Below are positions 26,212-35,076 of a DNA stretch of 60,676 nt, piece after piece; positions within the stretch are counted from its first letter, which is position 1, and each line of letters begins with the position of its first letter. Origin of the DNA: Spirochaetia bacterium (GTDB lineage Bacteria; Spirochaetota; Spirochaetia; CADAEX01); contig JAVEZE010000001.1 in the NCBI GenBank assembly GCA_034003145.1, positions 1 through 60,676 of the forward strand, given 5' to 3'. The notes under the pieces were generated by a model that made no database searches, was not told the origin of the DNA, and saw only the letters and a program-made list of their open reading frames with translations. The translations under genes and the position numbers were made by a program.

Positions 26212-27252
26212 TCAAAGTTCTTTAAAAACTATCCTGCCGTAGATGCTGTCAAGCATAGAACCGTCAAAAACCTTATTTAAGGAAGACATTTCCATCTCAG
26301 ATGAGACAATCGGCTTCAGTGTACCGTTTTTAACATAATTTATCAGCTCAATTAATTCCTGTTTTGTACCAAGCCGGGAGCCTATAATTTCCCATTCATT
26401 GTAATGCATACCCAGGGCATCAAGCGGAACAGGCTTAAGAGGATCATACCCCATCAGAACAAGCTTGCCTCCCTTTTTCAGGCTTTTAAGCGCCCAGGGA
26501 AATGTCACTGCTGTACCTACTCCGTCAAGAACAACATCAGCGCCAAAACCTTCAGTCCATTCCCTGATTGCAGAAACAGGGTCCTGAGATTCCGGGTTAA
26601 ATACAACATCAGCCCCAAACCTCGTTGCTTCAGCCAGTGATTTATCCCTGATGTCAGCACCGGCAACTTCCGCACCAAGCATCTTGCCAAGCAAAACAGC
26701 ATGAAGGCCGAGTCCTCCAAGTCCGATGACAAGAACTTTTACGCCACTTTTTACTTTTCCAAGCGCTTTTAAGGCATGGTAAGGGGTAAGGACTGCATCA
26801 GGAAGGACAGCCATCTCTGCCCATAAGACCTTATGGTCATCAACAGGGCAGAAATTATATGCAGGGATTGCTATATATTCAGCAAATGCCCCGTCAAGCT
26901 CAAACCCTGTCCTTTTTATCTCAAAACAGATGTTCTCTCTTCCTGTTCTGCAAAGCCCGCAGTCCCTGCATGGTATGTAGTGATATACTATCCCCCTGTC
27001 ACCAGGTTTTAATCTTTTAACATTCTTTCCTGTCTCAACTATTTCCCCTGCCCCTTCATGTCCGGGGATATGGGGAAGCTTGATTATTCCGTCAAGTTTA
27101 CCGGTATATATTTTCATGTCTGTTCCGCAGATTCCTGCAGCTTTTACCCTTACAAGAACATCATCATCGCCGACCGGCGGCAGTGGAACATCTTTTAATA
27201 CCAGGGGGCTGTTATACTTTTCAAGAACCCAGGCTTTCATTGTATTTTTCAT
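26212..27252 (-). CDS. MDR-family Zn-dependent alcohol dehydrogenase
   Basis: CGTD, GHEGAG, CRDCGLCRTG and GLGGLG. I placed the start at ATG 27252 (MKNTMKAWVL), which follows a GAGG RBS. The track start at 27264 is a TTG. Confidence 0.85.
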   Translation of the reverse strand: MKNTMKAWVLEKYNSPLVLKDVPLPPVGDDDVLVRVKAAGICGTDMKIYTGKLDGIIKLPHIPGHEGAGEIVETGKNVKRLKPGDRGIVYHYIPCRDCGLCRTGRENICFEIKRTGFELDGAFAEYIAIPAYNFCPVDDHKVLWAEMAVLPDAVLTPYHALKALGKVKSGVKVLVIGLGGLGLHAVLLGKMLGAEVAGADIRDKSLAEATRFGADVVFNPESQDPVSAIREWTEGFGADVVLDGVGTAVTFPWALKSLKKGGKLVLMGYDPLKPVPLDALGMHYNEWEIIGSRLGTKQELIELINYVKNGTLKPIVSSEMEMSSLNKVFDGSMLDSIYGRIVFKEL

Positions 27253-27270
27253 TTTCAACCTCAATTTTCT

Positions 27271-28146
27271 TTAATCGTTGAATCCGAACGCTGTTCCCTT
27301 AACCCCGTAAAGACCGGTTGGTTTTATAAGGATAGTGATAAACATAACGATAAATGGGCCTACAAATGCAAGAGGAGCCCAGATTGTCCCTCCGACATTT
27401 ATAACCTGCCCCAGGACAAGGGAGGCGACCATTGTTCCCTTAATACTTCCCAGGCCGCCCAGTATTACGGTAATGAATGCGAATAAAAGCATATCAAACC
27501 CCATATAAGGTCCGACCATCACAAGAGGCGCGTTAAGCGCTCCCCCAAGCCCGGCAAAAGCGCTTGCGATTACAAATGTGGTTGTGAATATCCTGTTGAT
27601 ATTAACCCCAAGCCCTTCTACGTTTTCCCTGTTTTCAATTCCTGCCCGCAGAGCTTTGCCGGTAATTGTTTTGTTCATTAAAATCTGTATAAAAAGATAT
27701 GCGGCTGCAGCAATAACAATAATGATAAGCCTGTAAAGCGGTATCTGAATATTCATCAGCCGTACTATTGTTGAAATCGGAGATGCAACAGGTTTTGGGT
27801 CAAGGCCGTAGATAAACTGGATAACGCCGATACCTATCATGAATACACTGAAAGTCACAACCATCGTAAACATCATGTTCCTGTGATAAACTTTTCTTAA
27901 AAGGGTTGTTTCGACAATGAATCCAAGCAGCCCTCCTATAAGCGCTGCTCCTACCGCTCCAAGGAGAAAGCTTCCGGTTAAAGTTACTATCGTATATGTA
28001 ATATATGCGCCGAATGAATAGTAAAGCATTGCTTCCATGTTAACTATTCTCATAAGTCCGTAACCGATTGATAATGCAAGTGATATCAGAAATAATATTC
28101 CGCTTGTACTTAATCCGTATATAATTGCTGTAAACCAGGTTTCCAT
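27271..28146 (-). CDS. livH: branched-chain-amino-acid-type ABC permease (LivH-like)
   Basis: 291-aa polytopic protein in a LivG-F-M-H-type gene order. The substrate is not inferable. Confidence 0.8.
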   Translation of the reverse strand: METWFTAIIYGLSTSGILFLISLALSIGYGLMRIVNMEAMLYYSFGAYITYTIVTLTGSFLLGAVGAALIGGLLGFIVETTLLRKVYHRNMMFTMVVTFSVFMIGIGVIQFIYGLDPKPVASPISTIVRLMNIQIPLYRLIIIVIAAAAYLFIQILMNKTITGKALRAGIENRENVEGLGVNINRIFTTTFVIASAFAGLGGALNAPLVMVGPYMGFDMLLFAFITVILGGLGSIKGTMVASLVLGQVINVGGTIWAPLAFVGPFIVMFITILIKPTGLYGVKGTAFGFND

Positions 28147-28164
28147 AATTTTCCTCTTGATATT

Positions 28165-29154
28165 TTATTTTTCTGCTGTCTTGATACTTTCTTTTTTGTA
28201 TTTTTTGGATAAATCAAAGATAAAGCTGCCGGTATCCTGAATCAGGCCCCATAGCCCCCTGTTGAATTTAAAAAGGACAACAAGCGTCATAATGCCTACA
28301 ACAAATTCCCATCTTGAAAGCCAGCTGCTCACAAAGTCTTTCATCCCGAGGAAACCAAGCGCTCCGAAAAAAGGGCCGTAAACTGTCCCGATACCGCCGA
28401 TCAACGTAGCCAGCAGAACCTCAATCGCTCTTGAATTTTCCCCGAGACTGGGATTGACAAACCCGAAATTGACAGCATAAAGCGATCCTGCAATTGTTGA
28501 GAATACTACAGAAATAGTATAGGCGAGCCATCTGATCCTGAAAACATTGTAGCCGAGAAACCTCATTTTCCGCGGATTGGAGTTTGAGGCCTTGAGTATA
28601 GATCCTAGCGCTGATTTGTCCATTTTCCGGTAAATATATAATGCGGCCAGAAGGACAAACATTATAAAAAAGAAATAATTCTGCGGCAGCCTTATGTCAA
28701 GGAAAGGTGTCTTTGCCATATTGCTTCTGTACCACAGTCCGTCATTTCCGTTTGTAATATCGATAAGAAGCCTCTCAAACATGAATACTCCGATCGCGCA
28801 AAGAGAGGCGTTGATAAGGGTAAAATAACTCCCCTTAAGCCGCATCAGGCTGGGGCCAAGTATCAAAGAAAGCAGGAGGCCGACCAGAACGGCAAATAAC
28901 ATTGCGACAAAAACATTCCCGCCGAGATATGCCAGGTAAAGGGCTGCTGCATATGCCCCGCAGCTTAAATAGAACGGCTGGCCGAATGAGGTATATCCCA
29001 TATATCCCATAAGGATATTGTTGCCCATTACAAAAATTGTATATATCGATATTTCAGTAAAAAAGGTTATCTTGTTGGGAAACAGATAACGGCTTATCAA
29101 AAGACCGATAATAATAAAAACCGGTCCGAATATTTCAAGTTTCTTAAGTTTCAT
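28165..29154 (-). CDS. livM: branched-chain-amino-acid-type ABC permease (LivM-like)
   Basis: 329-aa polytopic protein adjacent to the LivH-like gene. Confidence 0.8.
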   Translation of the reverse strand: MKLKKLEIFGPVFIIIGLLISRYLFPNKITFFTEISIYTIFVMGNNILMGYMGYTSFGQPFYLSCGAYAAALYLAYLGGNVFVAMLFAVLVGLLLSLILGPSLMRLKGSYFTLINASLCAIGVFMFERLLIDITNGNDGLWYRSNMAKTPFLDIRLPQNYFFFIMFVLLAALYIYRKMDKSALGSILKASNSNPRKMRFLGYNVFRIRWLAYTISVVFSTIAGSLYAVNFGFVNPSLGENSRAIEVLLATLIGGIGTVYGPFFGALGFLGMKDFVSSWLSRWEFVVGIMTLVVLFKFNRGLWGLIQDTGSFIFDLSKKYKKESIKTAEK

Positions 29155-29171
29155 AGAAGCTCCTGTAACCT

Positions 29172-29867
29172 TTATAAATATTGCTCAAAGCATAAATTAC
29201 CAATATCTTCCCTGCTGATAATTTCATTGACAACCTTGCCTTCTTTCATGCAGTAAACCCTGTCGGCGATTTCCGCTATCAGGGGAAGGTTCTGTTCCAC
29301 TATAAACAATGTCGTGGTTTTACTAAGTTTTTTAAAAATTGCAGCCAGGTCCTTGATTACATGGGGAGCAAGCCCTTCAGTCGGCTCATCCAGCATGACA
29401 AGGCTGGGCTTTCCTATCATGGCCATAGCGATAAGAAGCATCTGTTTTTCACCGCCGCTTAAGTTCCCTGCCTTCCTGTCAATCAGCTCCCTGAGCTTCG
29501 GAAACATTCCAAGAACAGGTTCCCAGTCATAATCTTTTGTCGCATAACTGCTTAACTCGAGGTTTTCTTTTACGGTAAGATCTCCGAAAACCTGCTTATC
29601 CTGATGGATATATTTAAGCCCTGATCTTGCAGTCTTGTAGGCCCCTGTTTTATTTATGTTATTACCCTTGAATTCTATATTTCCCTCCGCGGGGGAAAGA
29701 AAGCCGGCAATTGTCCTGAAAAGGGTAGTTTTTCCCGCTCCGTTTCTGCCTACAAGAAATACAACCTCGCCGGCATTCACATTAACAGAAACATCAAAAA
29801 GCACAGCAAGTTTTCCGTAACAGACATTCAGATTGTCAACTTTCAAAAGTTTACTTTCCTGATTCAT
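29172..29867 (-). CDS. livF: ABC ATP-binding protein, LivF-like
   Basis: Walker A GRNGAGKTT, signature LSGGEKQML and Walker B LDEPTEGL. 231 aa. Confidence 0.85.
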   Translation of the reverse strand: MNQESKLLKVDNLNVCYGKLAVLFDVSVNVNAGEVVFLVGRNGAGKTTLFRTIAGFLSPAEGNIEFKGNNINKTGAYKTARSGLKYIHQDKQVFGDLTVKENLELSSYATKDYDWEPVLGMFPKLRELIDRKAGNLSGGEKQMLLIAMAMIGKPSLVMLDEPTEGLAPHVIKDLAAIFKKLSKTTTLFIVEQNLPLIAEIADRVYCMKEGKVVNEIISREDIGNLCFEQYL

Positions 29868-29902
29868 TTACTTCTCCGTATTTTATAAAAAATATTGAAA
29901 AA

Positions 29903-30664
29903 TCATTCTTCGATTTTCCAATAGGATTTTCGAACAACAGGATTATTAAGTGTTTCCTCACACGGCCCTGATGCTATCATTTTCCCCTCATGCATTACGC
30001 ACAGGGTATCAACAATCTCTGTCAGCTTTGAAAGCTTGTGCTCAACAATAATTATTGTCTTTTTATGCAGCTGCTTTTTTAATATTTCAATTATCTCGTC
30101 AATTTCATGATCGCTTATTCCTGCAAACGGTTCATCAAGAATAAAAACATGGGGATCGGAAATCCAGGCCATGGCAATTTCAAGCCTTTTCTGACTGCCC
30201 AGTGAGAGATTACCGACAATCTGACTGCTTTCTTTTTCAAGGCTGAATACCCTGAGCGCCTCTTCAACTTTCTCTGTAATCTTATTGTGTTTTTTGAAAT
30301 TTGTATTGTAAAGATTCAGAGGCATGGATTTGTTTTCCATTTTTCTGTAAATCGATAACGCGAGATTTTCAAAAGCAGTTATATTATCAAAAACATGAAC
30401 CAGCTGGAATGTTCTGACTATACCCTTTGCTACCCTCTTTTCGCTTTTCATCGAAGTTATATCCTCGCCCTGAAAAAAAACGCGTCCTTCTTCCGGAATA
30501 TATTCACCTGTCAATATGTTTATAAATGTTGTTTTACCGGCGCCGTTAGGCCCGAATATTCCGACAGCATCGTTTTCTTTTATGCTGAAATCAACATTAT
30601 CAACTGCTTTGAATAATCCGAATATTTTTGATACATTTTTTGTCTCAAATATGGCTTCGCTCAT
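29903..30664 (-). CDS. livG: ABC ATP-binding protein, LivG-like
   Basis: Walker A GPNGAGKTT, degenerate signature LSLGSQKRLEIA and Walker B ILDEPFAG. 253 aa. Confidence 0.85.
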   Translation of the reverse strand: MSEAIFETKNVSKIFGLFKAVDNVDFSIKENDAVGIFGPNGAGKTTFINILTGEYIPEEGRVFFQGEDITSMKSEKRVAKGIVRTFQLVHVFDNITAFENLALSIYRKMENKSMPLNLYNTNFKKHNKITEKVEEALRVFSLEKESSQIVGNLSLGSQKRLEIAMAWISDPHVFILDEPFAGISDHEIDEIIEILKKQLHKKTIIIVEHKLSKLTEIVDTLCVMHEGKMIASGPCEETLNNPVVRKSYWKIEE

Positions 30665-30771
30665 TTTTTACTCCCGATATTAAAATACCGCATCCGCCAG
30701 GGATGCATGATGCATTAATTAGCATTTTTTTGAGATCAGATGCTTTATTACCTTGGGATCATCGCTTTCAT

Positions 30772-31149
30772 TTATTTTTTAGCAGGCATATAAGGCATAG
30801 CCGGCGCGAACACATTGTAAAGCTTGACAGTTTTTTTGATGTTTTTTATGGTATGTTTTGTGTTAGGCGGAACCATAACAACCATTCCCGCTTCAAGGGG
30901 AAACTCACCTTCTCCCTCGATAAACATTGTTGCCTCCCCCTCAAGGACATGAATAAGGTCAGGCTGGTCGCGGTGAACATGCTCAGGCAAAGAGAGCCCT
31001 TCCCTGAGTTCTATCAGCATAACAGTAATCGGTGTTCCGTCTTTTTCCCTGGAATATATCCATTTAATTTTACTGCCGCCGTCATCCATGAAATGCTCTT
31101 CCCATGGGACATCGCTTATTTTTTTCTTTACTTCATATTTTGGTACCAT
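30772..31149 (-). CDS. cupin domain protein
   Basis: 125 aa with cupin motifs LPEHVHRDQPDLIHVLEG and VMVPPNTKH. Confidence 0.75.
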   Translation of the reverse strand: MVPKYEVKKKISDVPWEEHFMDDGGSKIKWIYSREKDGTPITVMLIELREGLSLPEHVHRDQPDLIHVLEGEATMFIEGEGEFPLEAGMVVMVPPNTKHTIKNIKKTVKLYNVFAPAMPYMPAKK

Positions 31150-31173
31150 TTTTTACCCCTTCTCCTATTTGAA

Positions 31174-32418
31174 TTAATATCCCATTACAGAAAGAGGAGG
31201 AAGAACTTCTTCTCCTCCGAATGAGTCGACCACAGTGAATAAATCCCAATTATTTTTCTTTTCAGCAGGGGTTTTCCCCTTTAAAAGAAAAGCGGTATGG
31301 TCATTTATCGGCTGTCTGTCTTTTCTGAAAATGTAGCTCCCTTTTATTGTGTCGATTTTTTTAGTCTCAAATATATTACTAACCTTTTCAGGATCAAATG
31401 TCCCTGCCTCTTCAACTGCCCCGAATATAAGCTTCGCGGCAAGGTATGCCGCAGTTCCCATATTATCCGGCGGCTCATTCCATCTTGCCATGTAGGCATC
31501 CGAGTATTTTTTTACCTTTTCAGCTACTGCCTTGTCTTTGAATCCTGTTAAATCATAATAAAACCACGCAAGCGCATAATGCCCGGCAAGAGCGTTCTCG
31601 GGAATCCCCTTGGCTACTATATTTGCGGTCCAGACATTAAAAATTGTGCTTACATCATAAAACCCAAGGTCATATGCCTGCTTAAGATTTGCTATCGCGT
31701 CTCCGCCGAACATTGTAGTGACAAAAACATCGGGTTTTAACCTGAGCGCCTTGTTTATGACTGCAGAATAATCAACAGTCCCTGCCGGCAGCTCTTCAAC
31801 CGCAACTATTTCTGTACCGTATTGTTTACACGCCGCTTCAAGCCCTTCCTGAATAACTGTACCCCATGAATCAGCTCTCTTCAGCAGAAAAATGGTTTTT
31901 TTACCCAGATTCTTCGCGATAGACTGGCCTGTAATATACCCGATGCTCCACGGTGTAAAAGTGGGAGTGTAGGAACATACAGCAGGATTTCCTGCCATAA
32001 AAGCGTCTTTCGCCGGCACAAAGCCAGGAACATATATAACAGGATTTATTTTTGTCTCTTCATTAAGTGCAGCAGACATGGGATTCCAGATTCCCCCTGT
32101 AAGTGCATCCATTCCCTGGTCCATCATTTCCCTGAATTTTCTCACCCCCACATCAAGCTTTGCCTGATCATCCTCTATCATTGATTCAACAGGAATCTTT
32201 CCCCAGGGCATATCAAGACCGCCGGCTGCGTTTATTTCTTCCACTGCAAGGATAAATGATTTTTTCTGGGTTTCTGCGACACCTGCAAAAGTGCCGCTCA
32301 ATGAAGAAGAAAAACCCATCTTGAAAACTGTGGGGTTTTCCTCTTCCTTCTTTCCTGCTGCGAATAGAACTGATGCGGCGCATATCAAAAGTATGGCAAA
32401 AAATAATTTTTTCTTCAT
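31174..32418 (-). CDS. Liv-type (periplasmic-binding-protein type 1) ABC substrate-binding protein, copy 2
   Basis: Signal peptide (LFAAGKKE). It shares long blocks with copy 1: FKMGF, ETQKK, GGLDMPWGK, AKLDVGVR and WNPMSAA. Confidence 0.8.
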   Translation of the reverse strand: MKKKLFFAILLICAASVLFAAGKKEEENPTVFKMGFSSSLSGTFAGVAETQKKSFILAVEEINAAGGLDMPWGKIPVESMIEDDQAKLDVGVRKFREMMDQGMDALTGGIWNPMSAALNEETKINPVIYVPGFVPAKDAFMAGNPAVCSYTPTFTPWSIGYITGQSIAKNLGKKTIFLLKRADSWGTVIQEGLEAACKQYGTEIVAVEELPAGTVDYSAVINKALRLKPDVFVTTMFGGDAIANLKQAYDLGFYDVSTIFNVWTANIVAKGIPENALAGHYALAWFYYDLTGFKDKAVAEKVKKYSDAYMARWNEPPDNMGTAAYLAAKLIFGAVEEAGTFDPEKVSNIFETKKIDTIKGSYIFRKDRQPINDHTAFLLKGKTPAEKKNNWDLFTVVDSFGGEEVLPPLSVMGY

Positions 32419-32459
32419 TTTTAATAAAACTCCTTAAAACCTTTTTCAGGAAATATTTT

Positions 32460-32531
32460 ACAGCCGCAGCCGGATGTGATACCCGGCGCTGCTGTAATTT
32501 TTTTCTCTGATATCAGTTCCCGGATATCAGA
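32460..32531 (-). other. two stem-loops between the tandem binding-protein genes
   Basis: Imperfect GC-rich hairpin at 32460-32495. Perfect 9-bp stem TCTGATATC (32506-32514) / GATATCAGA (32523-32531), 2 nt after the copy-1 stop codon. Confidence 0.55.
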
Positions 32532-32533
32532 AT

Positions 32534-33796
32534 CTAATAACCGAGTGATTTAAGTGAAGGAAGTGCTGATTCGCCGCCGAAAGATCCTATAACCTTAAAT
32601 ACATCATTGGGATCTTTCATTTCGTCTTTGGATTTCCCTTTTACAATAAACGCCAGGTAATCGCCGACAAGCTGCTGATCTTCCCTGAATTTCATTTTTC
32701 CTTTTACAGTATCAAACGTTGTTTCTTTCATTACTTTTGCTACAGCGACAGGATCAAAAGTTCCTGCTTTCTCTACTGATTCAAATATCATTTTTGCTGC
32801 CATGTATGAAATTGTTCCGTAAGCATCAGGCGGCTCGTTCCACATTTTCATGTGCGCCTCAGTATATGCCTTGGCCTTTTTCTCAAGCTCAGGATTACCA
32901 AAACCTTCCAGGTTGTAATAATAGAAATTAAGAGCGTAAAGCTCTTTAAGCGCGTCTGACGGTATTCCTTTTCCAACAACATTAGTTGTCCAGGTATTGA
33001 ACATTTTTGACTGTTTGTGAAGTCCCATATCATAAGCCTGTTTGAAGATTGCAATTGCATCTCCTCCAAACTGGCATGCCATAAATACGTCAGGTTTGAT
33101 TTCAAGCGCCTTGTTTATGGCTGATGAAAAATCAACTGTGCCGAGCGGATATTCAGCAAATCCTACAACTTCCCCGCCGTGCTCCGCGATTGCGGCTTTT
33201 AGCCCTTCAAATATTGTACTTCCCCATGAATCTGCCCTTGATACAAAAAAGATTTTTTTGGCGCCAAGTTCCTGGATAGCCGAAGCTCCCGCAAGATAAC
33301 CGATACTCCAGGGGGTAAACGCGACAGAAAAAGTTCCCACAGCCGGGTTTCCTTTTCTAAATGAATCAAGAGCTGGAACATTACCGGCAAGATACGGGAG
33401 AGGAGCGATCTTTGTTTCTTCATTTATTGCGGCAGACATCGGGTTCCAGACAGTACCTGTAAGGCCGTTGATACCTGCACCGACTAGCTCCCTGAACCTT
33501 CTGACTCCGACATCAAGTTTAGCCTCATCATCCTTTACCAGGGTCTCTATTTTAACCTTGCCCCATGGCATATCAAGGCCCCCTTTCGCGTTTACTTCCT
33601 CTGCCGCAAGGAGTGTCCCTTTTTTCTGGGTTTCACCTACAGCGGCAAATGATCCGCTTAATGATGTCATAAACCCCATTTTGAACTCGGCAGGTTTCGA
33701 ATCTTCTTTGGCGCCTCCTGCCGAAACACTGAAAACAGAAAACAGTACCATTATCAATGCCATAAGCAGAGATAGCAGTTTAATACTTCTTCTCAT
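32534..33796 (-). CDS. Liv-type ABC substrate-binding protein, copy 1
   Basis: 420 aa with a signal peptide. Paralogous to 31174-32418. It is the first gene of the transporter operon. Confidence 0.8.
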   Translation of the reverse strand: MRRSIKLLSLLMALIMVLFSVFSVSAGGAKEDSKPAEFKMGFMTSLSGSFAAVGETQKKGTLLAAEEVNAKGGLDMPWGKVKIETLVKDDEAKLDVGVRRFRELVGAGINGLTGTVWNPMSAAINEETKIAPLPYLAGNVPALDSFRKGNPAVGTFSVAFTPWSIGYLAGASAIQELGAKKIFFVSRADSWGSTIFEGLKAAIAEHGGEVVGFAEYPLGTVDFSSAINKALEIKPDVFMACQFGGDAIAIFKQAYDMGLHKQSKMFNTWTTNVVGKGIPSDALKELYALNFYYYNLEGFGNPELEKKAKAYTEAHMKMWNEPPDAYGTISYMAAKMIFESVEKAGTFDPVAVAKVMKETTFDTVKGKMKFREDQQLVGDYLAFIVKGKSKDEMKDPNDVFKVIGSFGGESALPSLKSLGY

Positions 33797-33821
33797 ATTT
33801 AACTCCTATAAATTATGTTGT

Positions 33822-33865
33822 ATTGTATTACAATATTATTTTAGCACGACGTGGCTGGATGTCAA
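33822..33865 (-). promoter_or_regulatory. promoter TTGACA-16-TAAAAT with the perfect dyad ATTGTAATACAAT 3 nt downstream
   Basis: Minus strand: -35 at 33860-33865, -10 at 33838-33843 (preceded by TGC, an extended -10), dyad at 33822-33834. AGGAG RBS precedes the ATG at 33796. Confidence 0.65.
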
Positions 33866-33970
33866 GAAAAAATGAAAAAGATCATAATATGAGAAGCGCT
33901 GTTCAGGGTACTGATAATCAGATTAAGGGGAAAAAGTTAACTAAATGAGAATCACCATGATTGAAAGGTA

Positions 33971-34663
33971 TCAGAGAATAAAAAAGAGGAGTAAAGGGGT
34001 GATCAAGGCTGTTATTATTCCCGCGATTACCACAGCCATGCTGCTTACAGAGCCCTCAAGCATTCCCATTTCCACAGCACGGCCGGTACCGAGGATATGG
34101 GCTGATGTGCCGAGGGCAAGCCCTTTTGCGGCAGGGTTTTTTATACCGAAAATCTTGAACAGCAAGTCAGCTGTAAAAAGGCCTGCCATACCTGTAAAGA
34201 CAACTCCGGCAGCAGCCAATTCCTTGAATCCGCCAATTTTTTCAGCTATCCCCACAGCAAGCGGCATTGTGACTGATTTGGGAATAAGTGAAACATAGAT
34301 ATCAAATGGTATCCCCATCAATCTGCCGAGCCAGACAACTGCGGCAATTCCGGAGGCGCTTCCCGCGATAATGGAGATTATCATAACAGGCAGATATCTG
34401 CGGACAGAGGATAATTTAAGATATAAAGGAACAGCCAGAAACAAGGTTGCAAGCGGAAGAAAGGCAAATATAATTCCTCCCCCCTTCATATAACTTCCGA
34501 CAGGTATTTTGAATATGTAAAGCAGGATAATTATTGCAGCGCTTGCTGTTATTACAGGCTGAAGAAAAGCCTTCCCAGTTTTGAGATATAATTTCCTGAA
34601 TAAAACATACATGGAAAATGTGATAAAAAGTCCAAAAAGGGGATCTGATGCTACTGCTTTCAT
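33971..34663 (-). CDS. lrgB: LrgB/CidB-family membrane protein
   Basis: 230-aa polytopic protein. An ATGA overlap with the upstream 137-aa LrgA-like gene gives the canonical small-plus-large pair architecture. Confidence 0.75.
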   Translation of the reverse strand: MKAVASDPLFGLFITFSMYVLFRKLYLKTGKAFLQPVITASAAIIILLYIFKIPVGSYMKGGGIIFAFLPLATLFLAVPLYLKLSSVRRYLPVMIISIIAGSASGIAAVVWLGRLMGIPFDIYVSLIPKSVTMPLAVGIAEKIGGFKELAAAGVVFTGMAGLFTADLLFKIFGIKNPAAKGLALGTSAHILGTGRAVEMGMLEGSVSSMAVVIAGIITALITPLLLFFIL

Positions 34664-35073
34664 CCCTCACCCCCTTTGCCGGGATTTGATCTGCCGCTGG
34701 CGCTTCCAGGGGATGATCCGCCGCGTCCGTGAAATATTTTCATCAAAAGCTGAGCTGTAATCCCTGTAACAAGCATCACAATTATAGTCCCTGCAGCTAT
34801 CAGGAGGAATATTTTAAAAAGATAATGGCCGGCGTATCTGCCGATATCTGCGCTGCTTACAACAACCGGAATAAGGAAGAAAACAATATTATCAAGAAAA
34901 AAACCTGAAACATCAGCAATTGCTTCGTATTTTACAATATTTGAAAAAAGAAGGAGTGTCATAACAATGATCCCGATTACGCTTCCCGGTATCATGGGAA
35001 GCAACAATCTGGACAAAAGCTCACTTGCAAACGCAACTGCGGATGCAAGCGTGACTACAAAAAACACTTTCAT
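34660..35073 (-). CDS. lrgA: LrgA/CidA-family small membrane protein
   Basis: 137 aa with four predicted TM helices and a Gly/Ser/Pro-rich tail. Its start lies 3 nt after the CoADR stop codon. Confidence 0.7.
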   Translation of the reverse strand: MKVFFVVTLASAVAFASELLSRLLLPMIPGSVIGIIVMTLLLFSNIVKYEAIADVSGFFLDNIVFFLIPVVVSSADIGRYAGHYLFKIFLLIAAGTIIVMLVTGITAQLLMKIFHGRGGSSPGSASGRSNPGKGGEG

Positions 35074-35076
35074 TCT

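Noticed and set aside
25692-26225. 177-aa Ser-rich plus-strand ORF, together with the similar antisense ORFs at 24977-25483, 14823-15275, 16727-17116, 17067-17998, 38181-38634, 41745-42182 and 42294-42746
   Set aside because: All lie antisense to genes with clear family motifs. Their low-complexity composition reflects the complement of the real reading frames.
30628-31224. 198-aa plus-strand ORF spanning the cupin gene and flanking junctions
   Set aside because: It runs antisense to the cupin gene and to the ends of two well-supported minus-strand genes. It has no RBS and no family signature.
33971-35073. LrgA/LrgB as a phage holin/antiholin lysis cassette
   Set aside because: No endolysin, phage structural gene or integrase gene lies nearby. 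The pair is translationally coupled to redox enzymes inside a catabolic/transport locus.
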